This document shows positions 8,511-18,846 of a stretch of DNA of 64,000 nucleotides, one piece after another; position 1 is the first letter of the stretch; the number at the start of each line of letters is the position of its first letter. The stretch lies in contig DATLQD010000133.1 of assembly GCA_035535315.1 (NCBI GenBank), positions 6,272 to 70,271 on the forward strand. The letters are read 5' to 3'. The notes under the pieces are model-generated. The model was not told the DNA's origin. It ran no database searches and was given only the letters and a program-made list of their open reading frames with translations. The position numbers and the translations under genes were made by a program. The DNA is from Gaiellaceae bacterium (GTDB lineage: Bacteria > Actinomycetota > Thermoleophilia > Gaiellales > Gaiellaceae).

Positions 8511-8789
8511 GTGACGAAATCCGAGTTTGTCGAGAAGGTGGCCTCCAAGGCTGACCTTTCGAAGCGCGATGCCGCCAAGGCGGTGGATGCCTTCCTCGAC
8601 TCGGTGCAGGAGACCCTCGTGAGCGGTGAGGCAGTGTCGTTCACCGGTTTCGGCAAGTTCTCGCCGCAGCGGCGGAACGAGCGCCAGGGCGTGAATCCCC
8701 GCACCGGCGAGAAGGTCACGATCCAGGCAGCAACGGTCCCGAAGTTCTCGGCAGGCAGTGGGCTGAAGAGCGCCCTTCGCAACACCTAG
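8511..8789 (+). CDS. hup: HU family DNA-binding protein
   Basis: VTKSEFVEKVASKADLSKRDAAKAVDAFLDSVQETLVSGEAVSFTGFGKFSPQRRNERQGVNPRTGEKVTIQA is a classic HU/IHF sequence. GTG 8511 has a strong SD upstream. Confidence 0.9.
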   Translation: MTKSEFVEKVASKADLSKRDAAKAVDAFLDSVQETLVSGEAVSFTGFGKFSPQRRNERQGVNPRTGEKVTIQAATVPKFSAGSGLKSALRNT

Positions 8790-8815
8790 CCAGCTCCGCC
8801 CTCCAACGTTCCGAC

Positions 8816-8846
8816 GAGGGCCGCCGCGAGGCGGCCCTCTGCCTTT
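8816..8846. terminator. Bidirectional intrinsic-terminator-like hairpin between convergent hup and VOC genes
   Basis: 10-bp perfect stem GAGGGCCGCC / GGCGGCCCTC with a GCGA loop, followed by TGCCTTTGG. Confidence 0.55.
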
Positions 8847-8851
8847 GGTCC

Positions 8852-9274
8852 TTAGGGGGTGAGGTGCACGGCACCGGTCTCGTCGAGTGCCCACCGCGGG
8901 TTATGCGCGATTTCCCACGGGTGGCCGTCGGGATCGGTGAAGGCGCCCGAGTAGCCGCCCCAGAACGTCGCCCCGGGTCTTCGAGTCACGGCCGCCCCTG
9001 CATCCTCGGCCTCGGCGACGACCGCATCGACCTCGGAAGGGGAGCGCACGTTGTGGGCTAGCGTGATCCCGCCGTAGCCACCCAGGTCGTCCACGCCGGA
9101 GTCGGCTGCAAGGGCCTCGCGGTCCCAGAGAGAAACCACGAGGCCCCCGGTCTGGAAGAACACCACGTCGTCGTCGGCCGCCGCCCGGGTTGACCATCCG
9201 AGCGCCTCGTAGAACGCCCGGGCGCGGGCCAGGTCACGCACACCTAGCGTCACCACGCTGACTCGCTGCTCCAC
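8852..9274 (-). CDS. VOC (glyoxalase/bleomycin-resistance/dioxygenase) family protein
   Basis: VSVVTLGVRDLARARAFYEALGW... and ...DPDGHPWEIAHNP are typical VOC termini. Confidence 0.8.
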   Translation of the reverse strand: MEQRVSVVTLGVRDLARARAFYEALGWSTRAAADDDVVFFQTGGLVVSLWDREALAADSGVDDLGGYGGITLAHNVRSPSEVDAVVAEAEDAGAAVTRRPGATFWGGYSGAFTDPDGHPWEIAHNPRWALDETGAVHLTP

Positions 9275-9311
9275 GTAGGAAGCCTGTCATGGAAAAGCCC
9301 GCAGTTGAAGG

Positions 9312-9325
9312 CGAACATATGTTCG
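9312..9325. promoter_or_regulatory. Candidate LexA operator (SOS box) CGAACATATGTTCG
   Basis: Perfect 14-bp palindrome matching the Gram-positive/actinobacterial CGAAC-N4-GTTCG consensus. Lies 16 nt upstream of the ATG (9341) of the exonuclease/GIY-YIG gene, in a divergent promoter region. Confidence 0.6.
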
Positions 9326-9340
9326 TCTAGCATCTGGTCC

Positions 9341-11041
9341 ATGCAGCTCAGGCTGGACGCGGCCGACCGGCTCGTGGAGCTGGTCGAGGAACAAGGCGGC
9401 GTCCTGCCGGTCGAGGAGGCGGCCCGGTCGCTCTTCGCCCTCTCGCGGGCACCAGCGGGGCTCGCACGCGATCTCCTTGCAGACATCGTCGCCGCGGACT
9501 CGCGCCTCGACTGGAGTGGCCGCTCGGTCGGCCTTGCCGGCTCGCAGCTTGCCGCGCTCCCGCTCGAGGCGGCCACGTACGTGGTCGTCGACCTCGAGAC
9601 GACGGGTCTCGCCCCGGGTCGCGCCCGCATCTGCGAGATAGGCGCCGTTCGTGTCCGCGGCCTCGAGCTCGCGGCGGCATTCGAGACCCTCGTCGATCCG
9701 GCCATGGTCTTGCCCGCGAGCATTACGGCGTTGACGGGCCTCTCGGACACTGACCTCCAGGGAGCGCCGTCATCCGGGGTCGCTGTCGCCCGCCTCCTCG
9801 ATTTCGCGGGCGACTGCGTGCTCGTGGCCCACAATGCGCGGTTCGACCTCGGCTTTCTGAACCATGAGGTCGAGCGGCTGCATGGACGGCGGCTCGGCTT
9901 GCCCGTCCTGGACACGGTCTGGCTGGCGCGGCGGCTTCTCGCCGGCCGCGCCTCGCGCGTGGGCCTTGCGTCGCTGGCGCACTTCTTCGGCACCTCGACG
10001 GAGCCCTGCCACCGGGCGCTGCCTGACGCCCGGGCGACGGGCGAGATCCTCGTCCACCTGCTGGGGCTCGCCCAGGAGCGAGGAGCGCGCTCGGTCGCAG
10101 ACGTCCTCGAGCTTGCGGCGCCCCGGGCGCGCCGCGTGCACGCCAAGCGCGGGCTCGCTTTCGGCGCCCCCGAGCGCCCAGGCGTCTACGTCTTCCGCGA
10201 TGTGCACGGACAGGCGCTCTACGTGGGGCGCGCCCGGAACCTTCGGACTCGGCTTCGTTCCTACTTCCGGTCGGAGAGGCAGCGTTCTGCGGTCGAGGCC
10301 GCCCTCGCCGTGCTCGATCGGATCGAATGGACCATCCTCGGCTCGGAGCTCGAGGCCGGCCTCGAGGAGCTGCGGCTGATCCGCGAGCTCCGGCCACCGG
10401 CGAACGCCCGGAGCGCTCGGCCGGACCGCTACGTCTACCTTCGCAAGCGGGGAGACGCGATGGTTGTCACGAGCCGACCGAGCGAGCTCGGGCCGATCCG
10501 GAGCCGGCGCCGGGCCGAGCGGGCCGCGCGAGCGCTGGCGGGAAGCTCGGAGGAGGAGCTCGCGGTTCTCCGGTCGGGGGGCGCGTTGCCACGTCTCCGG
10601 GCTCGTCTGCGCGACCTGTCCGAATCGCTTCGCTACGAGGAGGCGGCGAAGCTGCGCGACCGCATCAGGGCGCTCGAAGAGGTCGTGCGCGACCTGCGGA
10701 CGCTCGATCGGCTCCGGTCCCTGGGCGCGTGCCTGGTTGTCCCCGGGGAGGAGCAGGGCTCTCTGCGCGGCGTCTTCGTCGCCGGCGGGAGGGTCGCCTG
10801 CGTGCGGACGCTCCCGGCGGCGGGGACCGGGGCGGTCCTCGAGGTGCGCGCGGGGCTCGCCATCGCCCGGGCGGCGCAGGCGGAGGGGCCTACGTTTGAC
10901 GCCGAGGCTGCCGACGAGCTTCTCCTCGTCGGCACCTTCCTGCGCCGGCCGCCGCCCGAGCTCGCGGTTTCCCCTCTCGACGAGGAACGGATCCTCGCCG
11001 TCTGTATAGGTAAGGGTCGTCTTTGGGCAGGTGTAGCCTAA
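9341..11041 (+). CDS. DEDD 3'-5' exonuclease (DnaQ-like) / GIY-YIG nuclease / UVR-domain fusion protein
   Basis: Has YVVVDLETTGL (ExoI), VAHNARFDLGFL (ExoII), GVYVFRD..GQALYVGRARNLRTRLRSY (GIY-YIG) and LRYEEAAKLRDRIRALE (UVR motif). ATG 9341 is preferred over TTG 9305 because the SOS box would otherwise lie inside the CDS. Confidence 0.85.
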   Translation: MQLRLDAADRLVELVEEQGGVLPVEEAARSLFALSRAPAGLARDLLADIVAADSRLDWSGRSVGLAGSQLAALPLEAATYVVVDLETTGLAPGRARICEIGAVRVRGLELAAAFETLVDPAMVLPASITALTGLSDTDLQGAPSSGVAVARLLDFAGDCVLVAHNARFDLGFLNHEVERLHGRRLGLPVLDTVWLARRLLAGRASRVGLASLAHFFGTSTEPCHRALPDARATGEILVHLLGLAQERGARSVADVLELAAPRARRVHAKRGLAFGAPERPGVYVFRDVHGQALYVGRARNLRTRLRSYFRSERQRSAVEAALAVLDRIEWTILGSELEAGLEELRLIRELRPPANARSARPDRYVYLRKRGDAMVVTSRPSELGPIRSRRRAERAARALAGSSEEELAVLRSGGALPRLRARLRDLSESLRYEEAAKLRDRIRALEEVVRDLRTLDRLRSLGACLVVPGEEQGSLRGVFVAGGRVACVRTLPAAGTGAVLEVRAGLAIARAAQAEGPTFDAEAADELLLVGTFLRRPPPELAVSPLDEERILAVCIGKGRLWAGVA

Positions 11042-11050
11042 GCTCCGTTC

Positions 11051-11983
11051 ATGAGGCAGGAGCTCGAGGCCGCCGCCACGATCTCGGCGGGAGCATTCGC
11101 TGACCGGGTGGCCGAGGCGGTGGAGCGGAAGCGGAGCCAGCTCCTCGTGGGACTCGACCCGCGTGCAGAGCTGCTGCCGGTCGAGCTTCGGGCCGGCGCC
11201 CATGCCGGCCGCGCAGCGGCGGCCGATGCCTGTGCGCGCTTCTGTACGGGACTCGTGGACGCGGTGTGCCCGTACGTCATCGGGGTGAAGGTCCAGCTGG
11301 CGTTTTTCGAGGCGCTCGGCGCCGACGGGGCACGTGCCTTCGAGGACGTGTGCGCCTACGCCCGCACCGCCGGCCTCGTGGTCATCGCCGACGGGAAGCG
11401 GGGCGACATCGGCTCGACAGCGCGGGCGTACGCGGATGCGTACCTCGAGGGACGTGAGGACGGTTCTCCTCCGGCGGTCGATGCGCTCACCGTGAACCCG
11501 TACCTCGGGAGCGACTCCGTCGAGCCGCTAATCGCGGCGTGCCGGCGTTCCGGCACCGGCATCTTCTGCCTCGTCCACACGTCGAACTCCGGGAGCGTCG
11601 ACGTCCAGGACCTCGCAACCTCCGACGGGCGCCGAGTCTGGCACCACGTCGCCGAACTCGTCGATCAATGGGGCGCGGAGCTCGTTGGGGACAGAGGCAT
11701 CTCGAGCGTCGGCGCGGTGGTCGGCGCCACGTATCCCCGAGCGGTCGGGGAGGCGAGACGGCTGATGCCGAAGGCCATACTGCTCCTGCCCGGGATCGGC
11801 GCCCAGGGCGCGACACCCGCGGACGTGGCCCGGGCGTTCACCAGCGGGCCTTCGAGTGCGCTCGTGCCGGTTTCACGCTCGATCATCTACGCGTTTCGGG
11901 TCGACGGCGCCGACTGGCGCAAGGCTGCGGCGGCTGAGGCCGCCCGCCTGCGGCGGGAGGTCTGGGGGGTGGCCGGGTGGTAG
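11051..11983 (+). CDS. pyrF: Orotidine-5'-phosphate decarboxylase, type 2
   Basis: LLVGLDPR, KVQLAFFEA, VIADGKRGDIGSTA, LTVNPYLG fit the long (type 2) PyrF form. Confidence 0.9.
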   Translation: MRQELEAAATISAGAFADRVAEAVERKRSQLLVGLDPRAELLPVELRAGAHAGRAAAADACARFCTGLVDAVCPYVIGVKVQLAFFEALGADGARAFEDVCAYARTAGLVVIADGKRGDIGSTARAYADAYLEGREDGSPPAVDALTVNPYLGSDSVEPLIAACRRSGTGIFCLVHTSNSGSVDVQDLATSDGRRVWHHVAELVDQWGAELVGDRGISSVGAVVGATYPRAVGEARRLMPKAILLLPGIGAQGATPADVARAFTSGPSSALVPVSRSIIYAFRVDGADWRKAAAAEAARLRREVWGVAGW

Positions 11984-12330
11984 ACCCCGAGCAGATCCGC
12001 GATTGGGGCCCGCGCCTGCTCGCGCCGCTCGCCTTCTTCGTGGCGGCAACGGTGCTCGTGCTCGTCGTCCACCGCGCTCTGAACGCGGACAGTGGCGCCA
12101 CCCCGACGCCGGCGCCCAGGGTCACCGGGCCGGGGACGAGCGCGACCCAACCGTCGACGAGCACCAAGGACGAGGCGCCGGCCAAGAAGAAGTTCTACCG
12201 TGTGCAACCCGGCGACACCCTCGATGCAATCGCGGCGCGCTTCAAGACCACGACGGACGAGCTGATCAGACTGAACCAGAGCATCGACCCGCTGTCGCTG
12301 ACCGTCGGCCAGCGAATCCGCATCCGCTAA
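11977..12330 (+). CDS. LysM domain protein with an N-terminal membrane anchor
   Basis: TM segment LLAPLAFFVAATVLVLVV, a low-complexity linker, and a C-terminal LysM (YRVQPGDTLDAIAARFKTTTDELIRLNQ...LTVGQRIRI). Confidence 0.75.
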   Translation: MVDPEQIRDWGPRLLAPLAFFVAATVLVLVVHRALNADSGATPTPAPRVTGPGTSATQPSTSTKDEAPAKKKFYRVQPGDTLDAIAARFKTTTDELIRLNQSIDPLSLTVGQRIRIR

Positions 12331-12351
12331 ATCTTCGGCGTAATCAGGTCC

Positions 12352-12708
12352 TTATGGCAGTGGTGGTTCCTCGCGCGCGGAGCGCTCGAGCTCGCGCCGT
12401 TGCCGCTCGGAACTGACCTTCTTGGCCGCGTAAACACCTGCGAGTGCGATCGTCATGAGCGGGTTCCCAAGCGTGCGGGCACGCACCACACCGACCTCGA
12501 CGCGCCGCTCCCGGCGAGAGATTCTGAGGTTGCGCGGAGGGCTGTCGAGGGGAATAACACGCTCCCGGCCCTTCCGCTCCTCGCCGGCCCAGACGAAGAA
12601 TCGGGTCGGACGCAGGTCGAAACCACCCAACGACCCGATCTGCACCTCGAGTGAGCGCTCGACCCCGCGGATGCGCGCCGGCTTCGTCTCCCGCTCCTCG
12701 GACCCCAT
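12352..12708 (-). CDS. Hypothetical protein (118 aa), family not recognised
   Basis: The only protein-like frame in the 415-nt gap between the LysM gene and dacB. Mostly G/C third positions and a TAA stop. No obvious SD. The overlapping frames are Arg/Gly/Pro junk. Confidence 0.3.
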   Translation of the reverse strand: MGSEERETKPARIRGVERSLEVQIGSLGGFDLRPTRFFVWAGEERKGRERVIPLDSPPRNLRISRRERRVEVGVVRARTLGNPLMTIALAGVYAAKKVSSERQRRELERSAREEPPLP

Positions 12709-12745
12709 CGCGGGTCATTCTAAGGAACTAGCTAGATTGGCCACC

Positions 12746-13885
12746 GTGCGCCGCCGGCTCCTGTTCGTCCTCGTCGTTCTGGCGGCTGCGACACCGGCCG
12801 AGGCGGCCGTCGACCCCCCACCCTCGAGCGCCCGGGCGGTGCTCGTCGCGACGGGAGCGGGAGCGGTTCTCTACGAGCGGAACGCGGAACGCGAGCTGCC
12901 CATGGCGAGTATCACGAAGCTGATGACCGCCATCGTCGTGCTCGAGCGCAAGCGGCCCGGTGACGTGATGACCGTCCGTGAGACGGCAGCGGCGGTGGGC
13001 GAGTCGAGCGTCCACCTTCGGGTCGGCGAGAAGCTGAGGGTCCGCGACCTTCTCGCCGCGGCGCTGATCCAGAGCGCGAACGATGCCGCCGTCGCGCTGG
13101 CGGCCGGCACTACAGGCGACGTCTCGGAGTTCGTCCGGCTCATGAACGTGAAGGCACAACGACTCGGTCTGACGCACACGCACTTCGTTCGCCCTGACGG
13201 CCTCGATGTCCCCGGCCACTATTCCTCCGCGCGCGACGTCCTGAAGCTCGCGCGTGTGGCGATGAAGAAGCCGTTGGTCCGGCGCCTCGTTGCCATGCAG
13301 AGCGCGACGATCGCCGGCGGCCGCTCGCTGTTCTCCTGGAACGACTTGCTCGGTCGCTACCCCGGGCTGATCGGAGTCAAGACGGGCCACACCGACGCGG
13401 CCGGGTGGTGCGAGGTCGCAGCGGCACGACACGACGGCGTCACGATCTACACCGTCGTCCTCGGGAGCCCGAGCCGTGCCCAAAGGAACGCCGACCTGGC
13501 ACGCCTGCTCGCATGGGGCCAGGACTTTTTCGGCCGCCTTCAGCTGATCTCCACCGGTCACACGTACGCGACGTCGGCGATCACGCTCGGGGAGGACCGC
13601 CTGCCGCTCGTCGCGGTCAGACCGGTGAGTGCGGTGGTTCGAGTCGACAAGCCCCTCGTCGAGACCGTGGTCGCTCCTGCGCTCGTGTCCGGGCCCGTGG
13701 AGGCCGGCGCGAGCCTCGGCGAGGTTCGGGTCGCGCAGCGAGGCCGGGTCGTGGCGAGGGCGCCGCTCGTAGCGGCCCGCTCAGTCGAGGAGCCGGGATT
13801 CGGTCACAAGCTGTCCTGGTACTCTGGGCGGACGCTCGACGAGGCCAGTGATCTGCTCGAGCGAGTCTTCGGAAGCATCTTATGA
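12746..13885 (+). CDS. D-alanyl-D-alanine carboxypeptidase (S11 penicillin-binding protein)
   Basis: Signal peptide RRRLLFVLVVLAAATPAEAA, then SITKLMT (SxxK), SANDAA (SxN) and KTGHT (KTG). GTG 12746 (or TTG 12737) is chosen; the ORF-track 5' extension is junk. Confidence 0.85.
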   Translation: MRRRLLFVLVVLAAATPAEAAVDPPPSSARAVLVATGAGAVLYERNAERELPMASITKLMTAIVVLERKRPGDVMTVRETAAAVGESSVHLRVGEKLRVRDLLAAALIQSANDAAVALAAGTTGDVSEFVRLMNVKAQRLGLTHTHFVRPDGLDVPGHYSSARDVLKLARVAMKKPLVRRLVAMQSATIAGGRSLFSWNDLLGRYPGLIGVKTGHTDAAGWCEVAAARHDGVTIYTVVLGSPSRAQRNADLARLLAWGQDFFGRLQLISTGHTYATSAITLGEDRLPLVAVRPVSAVVRVDKPLVETVVAPALVSGPVEAGASLGEVRVAQRGRVVARAPLVAARSVEEPGFGHKLSWYSGRTLDEASDLLERVFGSIL

Positions 13886-14841
13886 TCGTCACCGTCACGC
13901 TCAATGCGGCCATGGACCGAACGCTGTCCGTGCCGAACCTGCAGCTCGGCCAGCGCCACCGCGCCAGCCTCAGCTTCGCGAGCGCCGGCGGCAAGGGAAT
14001 CAACGTTGCCAGAGCGCTCAAGCGGCTCGGGGTCCCGGTCGTGGCGACCGGCCTCGCCGGCGGGCGGAACGGCACGCTGATCGTCGAGGACTTGACGAGC
14101 GAGGGCATCCTGAACGACTTCGTGCGGATCCGTGGTGACTCGCGGACGTCTCTCGCAGTGCTCGACCCGATCTCGAATGCCCACACCGAGATCAACGAGT
14201 GGGGACCGGAGGTCGACGAGAGCGAGCTGGAGATCCTGCGCGAGAAGCTCGACTACCTGACGAGCGGGGCCGAGTTCGTCGTGCTCGCGGGCTCGCTTCC
14301 TCGCGGCGTCGACCCGGGGTTCTACGGCGAACTGATCCGGGACCTGAATCGTAAGCACGTTCTCTCCGTTCTCGACTGCGATGGCGAGCCCCTGCGCCTC
14401 GGAGTCGAGGCCGAGCCCTACCTCGTCTCACCCAACATGACCGAGGCAGAGCCGCTCGTCGGTCACGAGTTCACGGATCCAGAGGATCTCGTGACGGGAC
14501 TCGACGAGATCGCAGAGCTCGGGGCGCGAAACGTCGTCCTGACGGTGCCGGACGGCTGTTACGCCCTTCTGCGGGAGGATCGCAGCGAGCACCGGCTGCG
14601 TGGCCGAGCACCGATCCTGGAAGCTGTCTCCGCTGTCGGCGCGGGGGACGCTCTGCTCGCAGCCTTCATCGCAGCCCGTGCGGCCGGCCGTCCGCTCGAG
14701 GATGCCGTGCGGAGCGCCGTCGCGACCGGCGCGGCCTCGGTCCTCGAAGCAGGAGCCGGACGGTTTGACCCGAGGGAGGCGAGCCGCCTCACGGGCCTCG
14801 TCGAGGTCGACCAGCTCGACCCCGTCGGCCAGGACGTCTAG
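13882..14841 (+). CDS. PfkB-family sugar kinase, 1-phosphofructokinase/tagatose-6-phosphate kinase-like
   Basis: MIVTVTLNAAMDRT..., GGKGINVA and the C-terminal GAGDALLAAF anion-hole motif. ATGA overlap with the preceding gene. Confidence 0.8.
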   Translation: MIVTVTLNAAMDRTLSVPNLQLGQRHRASLSFASAGGKGINVARALKRLGVPVVATGLAGGRNGTLIVEDLTSEGILNDFVRIRGDSRTSLAVLDPISNAHTEINEWGPEVDESELEILREKLDYLTSGAEFVVLAGSLPRGVDPGFYGELIRDLNRKHVLSVLDCDGEPLRLGVEAEPYLVSPNMTEAEPLVGHEFTDPEDLVTGLDEIAELGARNVVLTVPDGCYALLREDRSEHRLRGRAPILEAVSAVGAGDALLAAFIAARAAGRPLEDAVRSAVATGAASVLEAGAGRFDPREASRLTGLVEVDQLDPVGQDV

Positions 14842-14902
14842 ATCACAAGCCGCCGAGCCGTCTGGCCCGGCTGGTACGATCCTGTCACTTGAGAGGCTGT
14901 AG

Positions 14903-16486
<1,584 letters not shown>

Positions 16487-16487
16487 A

Positions 16488-16650
16488 GATGGCCGATCGC
16501 CAATTACCACACACGCGGATGGCGGCCCAGACACGGCGCCAGACCGCACCCTCGCCCTTGTCAAGGCTTCTAGCCTTGCCTGCGGACGACGGCGCACCCT
16601 GGCTTGGCCTGACCCGTCCCCGCGGGCGTGCCAATTACCGATCGGCCATC
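16488..16650. repeat. 163-nt inverted-repeat-bracketed element filling the guaB-guaA spacer
   Basis: GATGGCCGATCG-CCAATTACC at 16488..16508 and CCAATTACC-GATCGGCCATC at 16631..16650. That gives 12-bp perfect terminal inverted repeats plus a 9-nt direct repeat. An internal hairpin CAAGGCT-TCT-AGCCTTG lies at 16562..16578. Confidence 0.45.
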
Positions 16651-16655
16651 GTCTG

Positions 16656-18230
16656 ATGGGGCAGGTGCTTCCGATCCCGGAGCCGCCCGTCGAGGAGCGG
16701 CCCGTGCTGGTCGTCGACATGGGCGGCCAGTATTCGCAGCTGATCGCTCGCAGGGTCCGCGAATGCCGTGTCTACTCGGAGCTCGTTCCGCACACGATGT
16801 CTGTGGACGCGATGCGCGCCCGCCGCCCCCTCGGACTGATCCTCTCCGGCGGGCCTGCCTCGGTGTACGCGGACGAGGCGCCGCAGCTCGATCCGGGAAT
16901 CTACGACCTCGGAGTGCCCATGCTTGGCATCTGCTACGGCATGCAGCTGATCGCACACCAGTTGGACGGTGAGGTCGATCACACCGACCGCGCGGAGTTC
17001 GGGCGCTCGGAGCTCAAGGCGGAAGCAGGGAGCGCTCTCTTCGAAGGGCTCCCGGCCGAGCAGGCCTGCTGGATGAGCCACCGGGACTCGGTGGTCGCGC
17101 CCCCGTCGGGCTCACGTGTCACGGCGTCCTCGCCTTCGGCTCCCATCGCGGCATTCGAGGCGCCCGACCGCGGCCTTTACGGCGTCCAGTTTCACCCCGA
17201 GGTCGTGCACACGCCCCACGGCATGGACATCCTCAAGAACTTCCTCTTCCACGTTGCAGACGCTCCGCCGGTCTGGACCCCCACGGCCGTGATCGAGGAG
17301 GAGACAGCGCGCATCCGCTCCCAGGTGGGAAGCGATCGCGTGCTCTGCGCGCTCTCCGGGGGAGTGGACTCGGCGGTGGCGGCGCTCCTCGTTCATCGCG
17401 CGGTCGGAGAGCAGTTGACCTGCGTCTTCGTCGATCACGGGCTGCTCCGAAAGGACGAGGCAATCCAGGTCGTCGAGACCTTCGAGCGCCACTTCCAGGT
17501 GCCGCTGGTGCACGTCGATGCCCGCGAGCGGTTCCTCGCCCGGCTCGAAGGCGTCACCGATCCGGAGGAGAAGCGAAAGCGGATCGGCGAGGAGTTCATC
17601 CGCGTCTTCGAGGAGGAGTCGCGCCGGCTCGGCACGATCCGCCACCTCGTCCAGGGAACGCTCTACTCCGACGTGATCGAGTCGGGCGGGTCTGGGGACG
17701 GCGTTGCCGCAACGATCAAGTCGCACCACAACGTCGGTGGGCTCCCGGAGGAGATGGATTTCGACCTCGTCGAGCCCCTGCGCATGCTCTTCAAGGACGA
17801 GGTGCGCCGGGTCGGTGAAGAGCTGGGCCTCCCCGAGGGAATGGTCTGGCGCCAACCGTTTCCCGGCCCGGGGCTCGCGATCCGAATCATCGGCGAGGTG
17901 ACGGAGGAGCGGCTCGAGCTCGTGCGGGAGGCCGACGCCGTCCTCCAGGAGGAGATCCGCCGCGCGGGGCTGTACAAGGACCTGTGGCAGAGCTTCTGCG
18001 TCCTTCCCGCCGTCCGCTCCGTGGGCGTGCAGGGCGACGGTCGCACGTACGCCTATCCGATCGTGATCCGGGCCGTCACGTCGGACGACGCTATGACCGC
18101 CGACTGGGCCAGGCTCCCGTACGACCTGCTCGAGACGATCTCGAGCCGGATCATCAACGAGATCCCCGGGATCAACCGCGTGGCGCTCGACCTGTCGTCA
18201 AAACCGCCGGCGACGATCGAGTGGGAATAG
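16656..18230 (+). CDS. guaA: GMP synthase (glutamine-hydrolysing)
   Basis: ATG 16656, then [36 protein letters not shown] (P-loop) and the C-terminal ...KPPATIEWE. The ORF-track start at 16443 adds junk. Confidence 0.95.
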   Translation: MGQVLPIPEPPVEERPVLVVDMGGQYSQLIARRVRECRVYSELVPHTMSVDAMRARRPLGLILSGGPASVYADEAPQLDPGIYDLGVPMLGICYGMQLIAHQLDGEVDHTDRAEFGRSELKAEAGSALFEGLPAEQACWMSHRDSVVAPPSGSRVTASSPSAPIAAFEAPDRGLYGVQFHPEVVHTPHGMDILKNFLFHVADAPPVWTPTAVIEEETARIRSQVGSDRVLCALSGGVDSAVAALLVHRAVGEQLTCVFVDHGLLRKDEAIQVVETFERHFQVPLVHVDARERFLARLEGVTDPEEKRKRIGEEFIRVFEEESRRLGTIRHLVQGTLYSDVIESGGSGDGVAATIKSHHNVGGLPEEMDFDLVEPLRMLFKDEVRRVGEELGLPEGMVWRQPFPGPGLAIRIIGEVTEERLELVREADAVLQEEIRRAGLYKDLWQSFCVLPAVRSVGVQGDGRTYAYPIVIRAVTSDDAMTADWARLPYDLLETISSRIINEIPGINRVALDLSSKPPATIEWE

Positions 18231-18243
18231 CCCGCTTCTTCGA

Positions 18244-18567
18244 CTAGTCGACGGCGGTTTCAGCCTCTTCGGCATCCTCGCCGTGCTCGACGATGTCTCC
18301 GGGTTTGAAAAGGACCTTCTCAAGGGCGACGTGCCACTTCTCCTTGCGGCGGATGAGGAACTCCAGATCCATCGCGAAGTGCTTGAACTCCTCCTGTTGC
18401 GCGTTCTCCATGATCGCGCGCGCCTCGGCGTCCTGCTCGAGTGCGAGGCGCTGCTCGTACCAGCCGATTGCCTCCGCCTCCTCGATGAGCGAGGTGCACA
18501 TGCGCGCAAACGTCCTGGTCTCATCCGGCAGCTCGGCCGCCGGTTCGTGGTACTGCTCGAATCCCAC
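18244..18567 (-). CDS. Encapsulated-ferritin (EncFtn)-like mini-ferritin
   Basis: HEPAAELPDETRTFARMCTSLIEEAEAIGWYEQRL....ENAQQEEFKHFAMDLEFLIRRKEKW parallels the EncFtn pattern I recall (HEP..L.EET....EE.EA..WY.QR.....EE.(K/E)H.AM.LEWL.R...KW). ExxH and EE ligand positions are present. Confidence 0.7.
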   Translation of the reverse strand: MGFEQYHEPAAELPDETRTFARMCTSLIEEAEAIGWYEQRLALEQDAEARAIMENAQQEEFKHFAMDLEFLIRRKEKWHVALEKVLFKPGDIVEHGEDAEEAETAVD

Positions 18568-18579
18568 CTGATCCTCCTT

Positions 18580-18846
18580 CTAGTCGGCGTGAAACCCGCG
18601 GAGCCCCTCGGGCTCCTCCTCGACGGTATCGACCCGGTCGACGCGGGCGCCCGGCGGCCCCTCGCCCGCGACGGCGAGGAGCCGGTCGACGGCGTCCGGC
18701 TCTCCCTCGAAGACGGCCTCCACCGTTCCATCGGGCTTGTTCTCGGCCCACCCGGCGACGCCCTCCTGCTCGGCGTGGTGGGCGAGCGTCGAGCGGAAGA
18801 AGACTCCCTGGACGCGCCCGTGGATGACGAGTCGGCGGCGGATCAC
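18580..18846 (-). CDS. acyP: Acylphosphatase
   Basis: VIHGRVQGVFFRS...GWAENKPDGTVE.VFEG is the acylphosphatase signature. GTG 18846..18844; the rest of ORF 18580..19515 is junk. GTGA overlap with the MFS gene. Confidence 0.85.
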   Translation of the reverse strand: MIRRRLVIHGRVQGVFFRSTLAHHAEQEGVAGWAENKPDGTVEAVFEGEPDAVDRLLAVAGEGPPGARVDRVDTVEEEPEGLRGFHAD

